NCBI GenBank assembly: GCA_001949185.1 | Contig: BDGG01000021.1 | Location: 148,817 to 212,816, forward strand | Length of the DNA: 64,000 nucleotides | Reading direction: 5' to 3' | Source: Ramazzottius varieornatus | Lineage: Eukaryota; Animalia; Tardigrada | Shown: piece after piece, positions 52,179-64,000 of the stretch | How positions within the stretch are numbered: the first letter of the stretch is position 1 | Layout of the letters: the number at the start of each line of letters is the position of its first letter | Program-made: the position numbers and the translations under genes | Notes under the pieces: model-generated | Seen by the model: the letters and a program-made list of their open reading frames with translations, nothing else | The model's database searches: none | Told to the model about the DNA's origin: nothing

Positions 52179-54146
52179 ATTCTTTAGATATGAGCCTATG
52201 AGATTGAATTTTTCATTTCAGAATTTAGAGAAATGGCAAGTGAACCAACAAGCAATCAAGTGATCACTGCAACCCTGCCGTGCCGGGAATAAGTACTAAG
52301 CAATCAACAAACCAAGTCAATCAAACCGTCCTGCGCAAACTACGCACTGATGTCCCACCCTCAGCCTGCGCCCTGCTCCAATCATAATCGGTGGTTTAAG
52401 TCTGGTTTGTGGCAGTCTGGCAACCTTAGCCAGCCCATACCCAAAGGATTATGAATCGCAAACTCATCAGAGGAAGCTCGAGCTCCAGACAGCACAATCC
52501 TTTTCTCAGGATGATTTCTCGATTTTTTCTGATTTTTTGACAAATTTTTCCAAGTTTTTGATGAGTCATGAGTCGTGATTTCGGATTTGATCAATCAAAT
52601 CTGTACTAATCATTCGAAGATGCTGGCGTATTGATTAATACGGAATCGATAACCCTGTTGATAGTACCACTTGACGGCACTGCACGATCAACAGGGTATA
52701 ATAATGCACTATGCCTGTACGTACAACAGATGACTAATGGTAGAGACCATTTTCGGTGCCAAGAAATTTTTGTTTGATCTTCCGCCATAAGCTTAGGCTT
52801 GCCATAGTTTGCTCCAATTTAAGGCCTTTAGAATGCCTTAAACAGCTTTCTAGGATGACTCAAATGGTCTATGATTCATTCTAAAGCTCCGCTAGAAGGC
52901 CAGCCTTTTGGGCGGAGCTCTCGCAATATAAAAGCACTTTAATGCTTCTTGAATCTCACGCACTGACGTCACGATGCTCGCCACATTTACGGGTGTAGTG
53001 ACTCACATAGGGTACGCGTGGTGTGACGCAAAAGCGTGAGATTCAAGCAGCATTACAGTAATAAAATGACTGCATGGTTTCCAAGTGCCCAGAAGTTGCC
53101 GTAGAAGCCCCGTAGGAGTGACTCGTATTACTTTGTAATGGTTTTTCCCCTGATTGCCACGTTATAAAAGTTGCGATTTGACAGCAGTTACTATCAGGTA
53201 TGTACGGAACAGAAGATGGAGAGCAGATCACGTAGAAACTCTGGCTCACCAGGAGATACGAGCGGAATCAACCAGCATCAGAGGGCTCAGCTGGAAACCT
53301 CAAGTATATATCCCCACCGTCTCAGCGAAGGTCGACACCGGAAGCGAACGACAAGACCGACTGACTCCACATCGTTGATGGTTTTGTCTGACTTTGTCTC
53401 TCGCAAGCAGAGGTAAAAAAATACGAGTGTTTGCGACGACTTCAAAGATGTCTCTCAGAAGATCTGGTTCAGGTATGTATGCATATATGTAATTATTTGA
53501 CAAACTTTCGTTTCGAAATGCGGAGGTTCGTGGGAAAGTAAGGTGGTGGTGCATCGTTTAGTTGTCTCAGCCATTGCATGGCAGCTCGAAAGAGCGGCTT
53601 GGATGCGGAAGTGGGAGGCAGCACCATGGTGGCACTAGGCTTTTCCCCGGGGCGCGACCTGTTGACGGTGCTCAACTGTCGTCACTGGGCGGGAGCTGCC
53701 CACGGAGATGAGACATCTTCAGCAGTGCAGACCAGCAGGGGGAAGCGCAAGCCTTTCAAGAAGCTCGGTCGGAGGGATGTCTGCCCATGCAGCCAGTACC
53801 AACTTTCGAGAACAACGACTGGACCATGCTGAAAGTGGTGCAATGGGCGAGGACAAGTTGCCGCGAGTGGTGCGCGACTGCTCAGAACAATGGCTGACAT
53901 GATTGATCAAAGTCCACTGTAGTTTTTCGGCCATCTGCTGTACTTGCAGATTGCCGTCTTTTCCAAGAGCCATATCTGTGACAGTGCTGGAAGAAGCCAG
54001 TGCTTCAAAGCTCCGAGAATAAACTGCTAAAAGTGCTCTAGAATAAGCTCAAGTCGACTGTCGGCCCATTTAATAAATATGGAATTTTAGAATAATGGCG
54101 GTTTCGTCGTAACTAACAACAGTCTGCACGGAACAAGAGCTGCAGC

Positions 54147-54812
54147 TCAGGGCTGTAATCTTGGTAGCTGGGTCTCTGAAGAAGCTTGAGCGATGTCAGC
54201 TTGGCAGGGCTTACTGTTACAGGACTCGACTTCCTCTTCGGTAATTCCGCCATGACAGGCACCACGTGAACACTTTCGTCCGCGCTTGCGAGTGTGGCCA
54301 GGGCCGCACGTACCTGAGCAAGGACTCCAAGGTCCCCACATAGCCCACACTGCGTAATCAGCACAACTTCATTTTTCAATGGTTATAATATGACTTATGC
54401 TTATGCCTACGAGCACTGTACTGTTTGTCAACCTTTCCCAACTGAAAAAAGCAAGGTTACCCAGATGATCCTTTTCTTTTTCGATAACAACACTTGGTGC
54501 CTTTTCAGCTGTACTGGGAAGGCCAACTGACTGCTCATCATCATTACTGACTACAGCTTCCTCCACTTCCTCGTCTTCGTCATTTTGGTCACCATTGCCC
54601 TCCTTCCTCTCCGACCATGCTTCCAAGGTTTCCGTATGGACAATAGGGCTATCATCGAACTGCCGACTTTTCTTCGCTCCATGGAGCCGTTCGACATGGA
54701 GTTTCCGGTACTGCTGAGACTCGCTGTTTCCCAATGAACGTGCTTTGGCAGTGCCCACCACAATGCAAAGCGTCCCAGTGACGCAGCAGAGAAACGGTAG
54801 AGACGATATCAT
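54147..54812 (-). CDS. Small secreted protein with an acidic linker and a single thrombospondin type-1 repeat
   Basis: Signal-like MISSLPFLCCVTGTLCIVVGTAKA; intron 54350-54460 (phase 1) joins to VWAMWGPWSPCSGTCGPGHTRKRGRKC..C..EVESCNSKPC. Confidence 0.8.
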
Positions 54813-55051
54813 TCTCCAACAGGCAACACCACGATTGTTGCGCGACAACTACGACACATTTTAAGGACGTTAACAAGAGAAAAGCTCAACAAAAGTCCGT
54901 CCGTGTCACGATCGCCGAAAGAGTTTCGATAGACATTGTACGTACAAAATATATATTTCAGAAAGTGCATAAACAGCCGAGGAATAAATAGGTTATATTG
55001 GAACTATGGTCACCAGTACTCTACACAACGTGAAGTTCGCAAGAAAACATA

Positions 55052-58000
55052 TCAGAAAAACTTTTCTCGACAGAGCGGACAGGTTGGGTCAACTTGCTGT
55101 TCGAACCAGCGATACAGACAAGCATTATGAAACTTATTCTTGCAAGTTTTACACTGCATCTGCGGCAGTGCGGCACTCTTGACTTCGACAATGGACAAAC
55201 AAATAGCACAAGCCTGAATGTCTCTAAATTTCTTGTCGACACTGCTCTTCCAGGCCAGCAAACCATCCAAAATGGAGCCATTCTGCCGTTGTAGGAACCC
55301 GCGAAGACGGATGACCCATTGATCCCATGCGTCAGAGGCACTTCCTGTGGAAGAAATGTACAAACTTTCAGCTTTATGATACTATCAGCTGGATCGACAA
55401 ATACCAAGTAAGGAACAGACCTTTGGTTCGTCCCCAGGAAACGGTGGCACTTGACAGCGGATAGTCTTTGGGAATTCTTATCACAATCTCCGCAATCCAA
55501 ACTTCGACCCTGTAAGATACAAGACGATGAACAGACCATCTGGCCAAAGTGAAACATGGTGAAAGCTTCTTCTTACCGGTATTCAGCGGTAATTTCCGCT
55601 ACGGTCGGCCTGACGCTGACCTTGAAGTTATCAAAGGCGACATGGCGAGCTTGAAGATCTGCGGCCAGCAGCTCATTTCTGACCAGTTGAGGCGTCACAT
55701 GCCTGGCCGTATACTTGTCGACATCGCGGGCCACGCTTCCCTGTTTGCGACCGAACCAAGCCCGGGCCAGCATCGGCATCTGCTGCAAGGCTGTGGCATA
55801 CACTTCCGGTGCCAACATCTGCATATCGTTCAAACTCGGCACAAAGATGGTCTGTCGACGGACTTGTTCTTCATCGGAATGTAGCGGCAGCAAGCGTGTC
55901 ATGTTATCCAGCAGTTGGCTGTAGCTTCCGGATGACTCAAGGTACTTGGCAAAGGCTTGCTTGGCTTCGTTGGACTCGTTACTTATCCAGGCTAGGATGG
56001 CCTTCCAAGTCATCAAGTAAGCCAGCATGTAGGTATACGAGTCCGTTTGTGGCACTACTGACCCAAAGGCTTCACCTGAAAACATACACATTCCCATCGA
56101 ACATTCAAAATACAGGGTGAATGCTCGTTTTATCAGGTGCGGAAGTATGACTTGTCCCTTTTCGAAGGAACACATTTAAAATTTTTTTCTGGGTTTGTTT
56201 CTGCTCTTCTCTCTTCTCCCCAATGTAATGTGTTGTCTACCAACACTCCTCTTTTCACGGCAGTAGGAACTAGGTCTGTGCGTTAACAACGGAAGGAGAA
56301 AGCCGGGTTTAAAGTCAAACGGGGAAATAATGTTCGCTGTTTTTTCAAATTTTTTCTCACGGCACTGGCCTCATCAACTTCAAAGCGCTCTAGCGACGTG
56401 CCCAAGTTTTCACTCGGATAACTTTGGCACCCTGAACTTAAAAGAACAACCCTGATAGTGCTTTTGAGAAAACGTTACTAGAGTAAGTTTTGCAGACATT
56501 ATCAGGCTTTCGAAGAAAATTTTGCGCTCGAAAAGTCTGTTTTCCCGAAAGTGACGGGTTTTTCATAAGACAGTCACTTTCGTTAAACTGAATTTTCTTC
56601 TCGACGAACACCGAAGATTCGAATATCCATGAGTACGTTCGAAAGCCGAATGATGGGGCATCACGTCACAAAAATGTTGGTATGAAACACTTCGCTCAAA
56701 CGAAAGAAAACAATTTTTGAAGTTGGTGCTCGGAAACGGGGGACAAGTCATACTTCCGCACCTGATAGCATCTTTAACACATTAACATCAAGAACCTGCA
56801 TACAACCAATCACCGCGCATATGTGTATGCAGGTGCTGGAAAGTGAATGTTCACCGCGTTCGCAGATATAATTCTTCACAACAAGATATTGTTACCTAAT
56901 GGTACGTCGTCCAGCATGGTCTCGACAATGTCGCCGGACTCTTGCAATAGTGACAGGAGCTCGAGCGGAGGTGACAGGGGCTCTACTTCCGGTTCCTTTT
57001 CCTTCTCTTTAGGATTACTGCTGGCCACCGTACTGACCGACTCCTTTGGCGCTTTGTCTTTGGCTTGTCCGATCTCGATAACGGCCATGACGTTGTCGGT
57101 GCGGTAGGTGGGAGGAAAGAAGGGAATGAGGTTGGTGAGGACATGCGTGGATAGAAGCTGGAAGTGGGGGACTCGGTGGAGAAGAAGGGGAGCAAAGAGG
57201 CGAATGAGGGCCAAGACCATGTCCACGGGCCGCGACTGCAGAGAAGACAAGCGGTCCGGAAGGCCTATCTCCAACTTGAACATGGTCTCCCATACCGGCC
57301 GCAGCAAACCCTAGAGACCAAAGTTCGAAGTCAGTTTACAGCAGTCGGCCGACAAAGTGAACAAGATTTCTTTTCCGAGTGACGCACATTCTCTGTGTCA
57401 TTAGCTGAAGGCGTGCGCCATTTGGGAAACTGATCTCGTCGAGTTGCTTCTCAAGTGACGCACGTGTTCGGTGTTATGCGCTGAAAGTGTGCGCCACTTG
57501 AAAGCGATCTTGTAAAGTTTCCTTGCTTCGGTTAGAATGACAGCGTACCTGAGCATCCGCAGCGAAGAGCTGAAGCAAGCTGCAGATGGCAGCTATCAGC
57601 CTGGCTACTAAGGGATGTCGATGTGTCAGGTACTCGTCGCTCTCTTCGGCAAAGCGAAAGAGCCCATCGAGAAGTGAGGCTAGTATTCTAGGGAAGGAGA
57701 ACTCTGTCAGTTCCAGCCACAACATGCCCGAGTCTTTCAGTGTCTCGGCATTCCTAACGATCTCCGCTACCCCATTCAAGGCTTCCTGAACCAAGACCAC
57801 AACTTTGACGTTATCCAGAGAAAAGTGCGGGGACTGCAGGCAGGCGACCCAGTCAATAACGACACTGCCAAACTTATCCAGCACCGGCCCGCTATACGAC
57901 AGGTCCAGACAGCGCTCTTTCAGCAGAGTGGGAACGACACGGAGAAGCTGGACTTGAGACCAGGCAGTCTGGCTGATGCTCTCGATGGTTGTCGGCAGTT

Positions 58001-61000
58001 CGATGGTGGTTAGAATGTCCTCTAAGCCATCACGGAGTGCGCTACCATAGTCACTGCACTTGTCATGGCTAGACATGCCGCTGTAGTGGACAGCCAGGTC
58101 CAGCGGTGTCAAGTCTTGGATGGAGGTCGTCGGGAACCTGGCTGGTCCAATCATTGTCCAGAAAGAAGCTATCCACTTGTCTGTGTGAAACAACACTGCT
58201 ATATCTGCCTACTAGCAAGGCGGATATTTGGGAGTTTGCAAAGCAACTCGACAACCTTTTATCCCCCAAGTGGCGCACAGTGTTAGCAAAAAACAGCGAA
58301 AACATGCGCCACTCGGAAGAATCATCCGGCTAAGGTGTTTGGCCCAGCTTGCTTCTTCTTTTATTACTGTACCATTTGGATAGGCCTGAAGGAGCATGCA
58401 ATAAGTTTCCTCGGTGAAAGCCAGCTGAAACTTTTGATGGTAGGCTTCGGCTTGCATACGTAACTGTTCATCATAAACGAGGGGTGGGGAGGTGAGAGCG
58501 AGGTGGTTGTAAGCCGTCACGGCTAACAGACAGCGGGTGAAAGCAGCCACCTCCTTCTGGAACAGCCGCTGGACCATATCGTGGCGGAGAAGAGTAAGGA
58601 CGAAGGCACAACAGACCGCTGCTTGCTGCATGGCTTCATCCCAGAAAGCATGCACCATCCGCACATCTTCACCCATTTCCAGAGCCGTCAAACGACCAAC
58701 CAAGACATCGCTTCGTCTCAAGACTTTGTCGCCTACGGCATTAAAATCGGCCATGTTCAAGGCCAACTGGACAAATTCTTCTCTTACTAAACCTTCCTCT
58801 GATAAACTTTTGGCCATCTGTACGAAGCGAGTAAGGAAGTCTTGGCTGTCTTTCATGCTCAGCGCTTGCACTATCTTCTCCGTGACTTGCGGTGTGCTCC
58901 ATTGGCTCGACAGGCGATCCGCCATGGGCAGGAAGATGTTAGCAACCTCCACCAGCTCGCCTTCATCTGTATTGTGATCGACAGCCAAGTCGACAAGCGT
59001 GGAAACTATCAGAGCTGGTAAGGAGGCCACCTCCATGCCGCTGGACATGACAGTGCCATACAGCCTTAATCGAGCCACCACGTCCAACTTCTCAGCTCTG
59101 GCCAAGAACTGCTTAATGATGTCACTGGAGGAAGACGTTCCTTGCCTAGACCGTAAGTGCGCCAAGATAGTCAGCAAGGCCTGCGACTCCTCCAGGCCTT
59201 GTCGGCCCTTCTTATTCTTCAGCAAAGACTCGGCCAAGCTCAGCAAGTCAGCCATCTCCCCCTCGCCCACCAGACTTTGGACCAAGGGCAAACCTCCCTC
59301 TTTCTCCAGCTCCTTCAACAGCCGCAAACGATCGCCAAAGGTCAACCAGACCATCTACAAACATCGCGGACATTATATTTTCTAGTCTATATAAGTCTCA
59401 ATCTCAGTTATGGTTTTATGATCTAAAAGTTATGTCGTAACTGTAGAGGTCGGCACAGCAACTCGACCGCACTACTTTGGCAAAAAGGCGCACGTTTCCG
59501 GCGTTATTGACTGCAAGCGTGCGCCAAATTGGGACCAATATTGTGGTTCGGTAAGTTAGGTTTAGCGAGGCGCAGATGCTGGTTACTTACGTTGAAGAGT
59601 TGGCGAACGTCGTCTTGAGCTTTGCAATCGGACAGTAAGCGACTGAAGATTTCTAGCTTGGCTTGCGAGCCATCGAAAAGGGAAGGTATGCTCTGGACGA
59701 TGAGGCGTTGAGGAGAGAGTCCACCAGGCTCGTTTTCCAGATGGCTCTTAAGTTGATCGTAGATGACATCGGAGCGCACGTCGGTCAGCAACGTCTTGAG
59801 CATCTGGACGTACTGCTCGTCATCGCTACTTTGTGCAAGCCGTAAAGTCAGGCGAATTAGTTGAAAGACCACCTCCTACGATGCGCACATCGTTACAATG
59901 ATGTAGTTGGGTAATGTGAAGGTGTTGAGTTAGGGGCTAACCTGGAATGATTTATCGGCGACAATGTACCTGTGTAGAAGCCCCTCTTGGTTTGCCGGCC
60001 GAGTACTCTTCACTCGAGCAGCGCCTTCCATCAGCTTGGTCCACCATACCTTCATTCTTCCGACGTTGACTTCTTGGGCGTTGCTGTAGGCCAACTTTTC
60101 CGCCAGCCTTGCGAACGTTCGCGACGCACACTGATGTTCCCTGCCTTCTCTGTCTATCCAGCTCAAGAGCATGGCATTGACCACATCCCAGCCTTTGATC
60201 ATGTTGCTAGTGCCGAAGAAGGCCTCGACATACAGCGGAAGCAGGTGCTGCTCCATCAGCTTCGTCGCCGTCTCTTCTTCCTCCTTCTTGACGATGTAGC
60301 GGAAGCAGTCAGTCACTGCTTGACAGATGACAGGCATGTCTGCTGCCCGCACCTCTTCCGCCGAGAAACCCTGGACCAAGGCCTTGAGGAGGCTGTCGAA
60401 TGTTTCAGCCTTCTTGTTGGGTAGCTTGTCGATGAGGACAATCAGGGAAGGGAATGCCACTTTGGCACAACCGAAGCCACCGTTCTTCAAGAGGATCACT
60501 AGTTTGGGAAGGAGAATCTTGTCGGCGCTAACAACTGTCGACCACTGTGCCTCTTTGGTCAAGACTAGAAGTAAAAGCTCCCATACTTCCGAAGCAGTGC
60601 GCAAGTCTTTATCATGCAGCGAACCTGCAACGGTAACCACTCGTTATATCTCGGCTAACACAGTGCGCCACCTGGGGAAACTGCACAAGACTGTTTTTCC
60701 CACGTGGCGCACGTTTCCAGTATTACAAGATAAAAGCCTGCGCCACTCGAAGAAAAGACAACAAACTTGTCCAGTTTCTTTGTCAAGCTTTTCATTTCGC
60801 AGCTGGCCTTACCAATGACGGCAGTCAATGTCTGCAGCGTATAGTCCCTCACGGCTTGCTCGTTCCTGTTCCACAACACCGACAGCAGGCGGAAGAAGCC
60901 TTGGCGAATTTTCGGGCTTTGTAGCCGTACCAACTTCCAAAAGTCGGCCTTGTCCAGCATGTCCTTGATCGAGGGGTAAACCTCTTCCACACCTTCTTTG

Positions 61001-61922
61001 CTTAGATCCCTAAGGAAGCCGGTCAAAGCCTCCAGGCCTTCCGCTACTTTGCCCTGTTGATCGTCGCTGAGCGAGGAGACATCTGGGCCCTTACCTCTGG
61101 CCTTGTCGGCTAACGACGACTTGGGAAGGATACGATTACGCAGCAGCGTCAGAATGTCTTTACTATAGCGTCTCAAGACTTCCGGGCGTTTCTGCTCGCT
61201 GAAGGCCGTGTGAAAGGCTAGTCGTGAAGCAGCGGCGGCCGAGGCCTGCATCTGAAACTGCGACAGCCACCAGGGACCGATCATCCGGCTGAGGACAGGG
61301 ACAATGTCCTTCTTCAGCAAAGCAACGTAGTGCTGTTGACATCGACTAGCCAGCTCACGTACCCGCGGATCCTCATCTTCCAGGAAGCTAAAATCATCAT
61401 CCATTCACACCTATCAAACGCATTTTCCATATTACCAGTACCGCAGTACGCCTATAGAACATACCCGACGTAAAATCTGGCCCAGAATGTCCGCGTGTTA
61501 ACCACATCAGCCACATCTTTAGTGGTGATCATCTGCAGGAAATCATTCAGAGCTTTGACTTTGGTGGCTGAGTCCTTCTTATCCAGACGTGCTAAACAGT
61601 CGTGGACGTCGACGCTCAAGAAGCCGTCTTCCAAGTGTTGTTGCGACGGAAGAAACCTACAGTATATGCATAATAATTACATATATAGGGGATTACACCA
61701 ATGAATAAACAAGAATCCCAGTCAGCATGGTTCGTGTTACCCTTCGTCGATCAAAGCTGATGTGCTGGACTTGACAATGTCGGGAGTTCTGTGGACATCA
61801 TCCTCCAGCAACTTTTGTGCTCCGGCACTTCGTAATGGATTATCCTGCTTCCGTCCCTGCTTTACCTTCGGCGCTCTGCCCGATGCCTTCCCTACCACCA
61901 CCACCTCCACATCTTTATCCAT
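55052..61922 (-). CDS. LTN1: E3 ubiquitin ligase listerin
   Basis: N-terminal RLDKKDSATKVKAL, DEDPRVRE, IGPWWLSQF; C-terminal QNGSILDGLLAWKSSVDKKF..CAICLSIV..LPQMQCKTCKNKFHNACLYRWF..TCPLCR RING. Confidence 0.93.
56133..56765. mobile_element. mariner-type MITE (633 bp) in an LTN1 intron
   Basis: Perfect 26-bp TIRs tcaggtgcggaagtatgacttgtccc, flanked by TA on both sides. Confidence 0.92.
57379..57497. repeat. Intronic dyad element, two tandem copies (LTN1 intron)
   Basis: gtgacgcac(57379)-N25-gtgcgccat and gtgacgcac(57455)-N25-gtgcgccac; period 76. Confidence 0.88.
58270..58312. repeat. Intronic dyad element (LTN1 intron)
   Basis: gtggcgcac-N25-atgcgccac; left flank actcgacaacc. Confidence 0.85.
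59485..59527. repeat. Intronic dyad element (LTN1 intron)
   Basis: aaggcgcac-gtttccggcgttattgactgcaagc-gtgcgccaa, N25. Confidence 0.8.
60663..60746. repeat. Intronic dyad element, 1.5 copies (LTN1 intron)
   Basis: Orphan right half gtgcgccac at 60663, then gtggcgcac(60704)-N25-ctgcgccac(60738); right halves are 75 nt apart. Confidence 0.85.
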
Positions 61923-62074
61923 CTTCGCGGACACAAGGCACAACTACCTCTAGGATCCCTGCTTTTGTCCCGATCGGCACGATGAGGTAACAAGAGGGTC
62001 AGAATACTTGAGAGACTAGACTAGAGAGAACAGATCTGTGGAGTAAAAACGCCGCGAAAATACACTATAGAGAT

Positions 62075-62117
62075 TATAGAGAATGCGAGCGAAAGCGCAC
62101 TAGCACAATTGAATACG
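62075..62117. mobile_element. Solo terminus of the MITE family seen at 8731-8915
   Basis: tatagagaatgcgagcgaaagcgcactagcacaattgaatacg matches the reverse complement of 8875-8915. Confidence 0.75.
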
Positions 62118-62395
62118 TACAGAAATTTGGAAATTTGGAATTTTATTAGCCTCGACAATTCAGTCGACGACCTCCCCGATGTTAAGAGGATCAAAGTCTA
62201 CTCAGCACGATGATGGAAAAAGTTACAGTAACCAAAACAGAGTCACCAGGTTGATGAGGAACGAGTATCGTTATAAAGATCGATCCTTCAGGTTCAAGAC
62301 AACAAATAGATCCGTTTGGAGTGCCAGCTAGAGAGACTAAGGTCGGGAGCACAACAGGAAGGGGAGCACTCTCGTACAGAGAAATTTCTGAGCCG

Positions 62396-62858
62396 TAATG
62401 ATGAGCATTACACGCAGATGGTCCGTGTAATGTAAAATGTAATGTAAAGTGTAATGTAAAATAGTGTAATTGTAAAAGTGTAATTACATTTACACTAGTT
62501 TACATTTTACAGACCGAGCGGTTTGCAACGCCTAAAAGTGACAAGAAGCGACGAAAACGACGACCAGCCATGTCTATGTTTGCATAGGATATAGATCTTA
62601 GTAATTGTCTTCCAGACAAAGATAAAAATACGGTTGCAAAATGACCATACTCAGGAAGTTTCTGACATTTTTCCGCTAAGTCAGCCCAATTTTATATTTC
62701 TGGCAGCAAAATACTCAAAAATACCGCAGATTCTGGCAGGTAGAAGTTGTAACTACATTTTGCATTTACATTACAACTTCCCCGTGGTTGTAATGTCGTG
62801 TAAAAGTGTAATTGTAATGTAAAATGTAATGTAATGTAAAATGTAATGCTCATCATTA
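62396..62858. mobile_element. hAT-type MITE (463 bp) with TGTAA subterminal repeats
   Basis: 17-bp TIRs taatgatgagcattaca / tgtaatgctcatcatta; exact 8-bp TSD ctgagccg at 62388-62395 and 62859-62866. Confidence 0.92.
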
Positions 62859-63259
62859 CTGAGCCGCTGCCCAGATCCCTTCCTAGAGAAAATCTTGAGC
62901 GATCGTCCGACTTCGGAAATCGTTTTGCATGTTTTGATTGACAGGATTTGCTCTTGGTCATCCCGCCATCGGGGATATTTTTCTTGATTGTCCGCACGCT
63001 ACAGACCAACCCGCCCACCGTGGACTTTGGACTCTGACGTCAGTCAACCTGTTTTGAAAGTTTTGTCCCATACTTCCGCGTTTTACATCGGGTACCACAG
63101 CAAGCGTCCAAGCCGTCCGTAGTCTTTACAGGAAAATTTCTACGTTGTAATAAGGGTTCGGCTAATTTATGGTAATGGGGGATAATTATTTTCTTTGAAT
63201 GTACAAAGTATTACGGGCGTGGGACGAATTTCGCAATTAAGCGGGACACGGTAAAAACA

Positions 63260-63968
63260 CTAAAACGGAAGCAAAGCTAGGTCATTGTCATCGTCAAGAT
63301 CTTGATCCAGGGGCTCCAGGTCTCCGCCCTCTTCAGCAACGTCCTCATCGGCTTGCTCGTCACCAACTTCCTCAATGCGGTCTTCCTTTGTGTCGATATC
63401 CCAGTAGTCATCCTCAAGCTTGATGCAATGGGCGAAGAGCTTGGGGAAGTCTTCTGGCTTGAAGATATCAGCAGATTCTTCCCCCAGCTTGATCAGGTCC
63501 GGCAGCTTTCTGGTGGTGTTTTGCTTGGCGACATATCCTTTGCGGCGGACCCAGTATTTTTCAATCGGGCTGAAGTCACAGTGGTAGGGCGGCAGACGAA
63601 CTGTCTCGATGCCTTCTTCGGTCTTCAAATAGTCATCCATGTAGTATCTGTCGCCCACGTGATTTTTCAGAAAGTCCGTCACCTTCCGCCACCCTCCGCC
63701 ACAGCTCGGCCACCAGTTCCCGCGCACCGAACTCGATCCTATGGTCAGTCAGCCACTGCTGGATTTCTTTCTTCACTCTCTTGGATCTTCTGAACTGTGG
63801 CATCAAGCGGGAATGATAACTTGCGTTATCCAGCACGATCACAACCGTGTCATATCCGTGGAGCCGAGCGAATTCTTTCAAACGGGGAACCACCACCTCC
63901 TTCATGAACCTAAAACCATAACAGCCAGAATTTATCATGACGTCATCGAAAACTTGAAGCATTGGCAT
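63260..63968 (-). pseudogene. IS630-Tc1-mariner superfamily DDE transposase, frameshifted, continues beyond the window end
   Basis: VIVLDNASYHS in one frame, and VRLPPYHCDFSPIEKYW..KGYVA after a frameshift near 63720. Confidence 0.85.
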
Positions 63969-64000
63969 TCTGTCACGGTACGAGTTTCATCACAAATTCT

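Noticed and set aside
53420-53832. Insulin-like peptide precursor
   Set aside because: Cys spacing does not fit the A-chain CCxxxCx8C pattern and no signal peptide was found.
56080-56175. N-terminus of ORF 55573-56175 (MCSFEKGQVILPHLIK)
   Set aside because: Read-through from the intron and the mariner MITE TIR; not part of LTN1.

Overview
Gene-dense eukaryotic DNA with mostly 50-100 nt GT-AG introns. It comes from a compact-genome invertebrate: roh-like and turtle-like genes point to an ecdysozoan, and tardigrade-like is only my inference. Recognisable spliced genes are SDA1 (partial), a roh/CG30415-like microprotein, an ankyrin-repeat protein, HIBADH, JAZF1-like, turtle/IgSF9, TAF1C, DCAF6, HDHD5/CECR5, a small secreted TSP1 protein and LTN1, plus two unidentified multi-exon genes. 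Two transposon islands (~8.7-14.2 kb and ~34-39.3 kb) and scattered MITEs include CRE-clade RLE retroelements, hAT elements with exact 8-bp TSDs, Tc1/mariner MITEs and a decayed IS630-Tc1 transposase. The most striking unexplained signal is a dispersed dyad, GTGGCGCAC-N25-GTGCGCCAC, within a ~75-90 bp palindrome. I found 15 copies, all inside introns of six genes; 13 have exactly 25 nt of divergent spacer, and several occur as tandem dimers with a 74-76 nt period. Also notable: a hAT element carrying a spliced kelch-like gene fragment, a 16-bp-period ATCCCGGG array, and a candidate 14-nt microexon that would swap the turtle C-terminus. Everything was read by eye; no searches were run.
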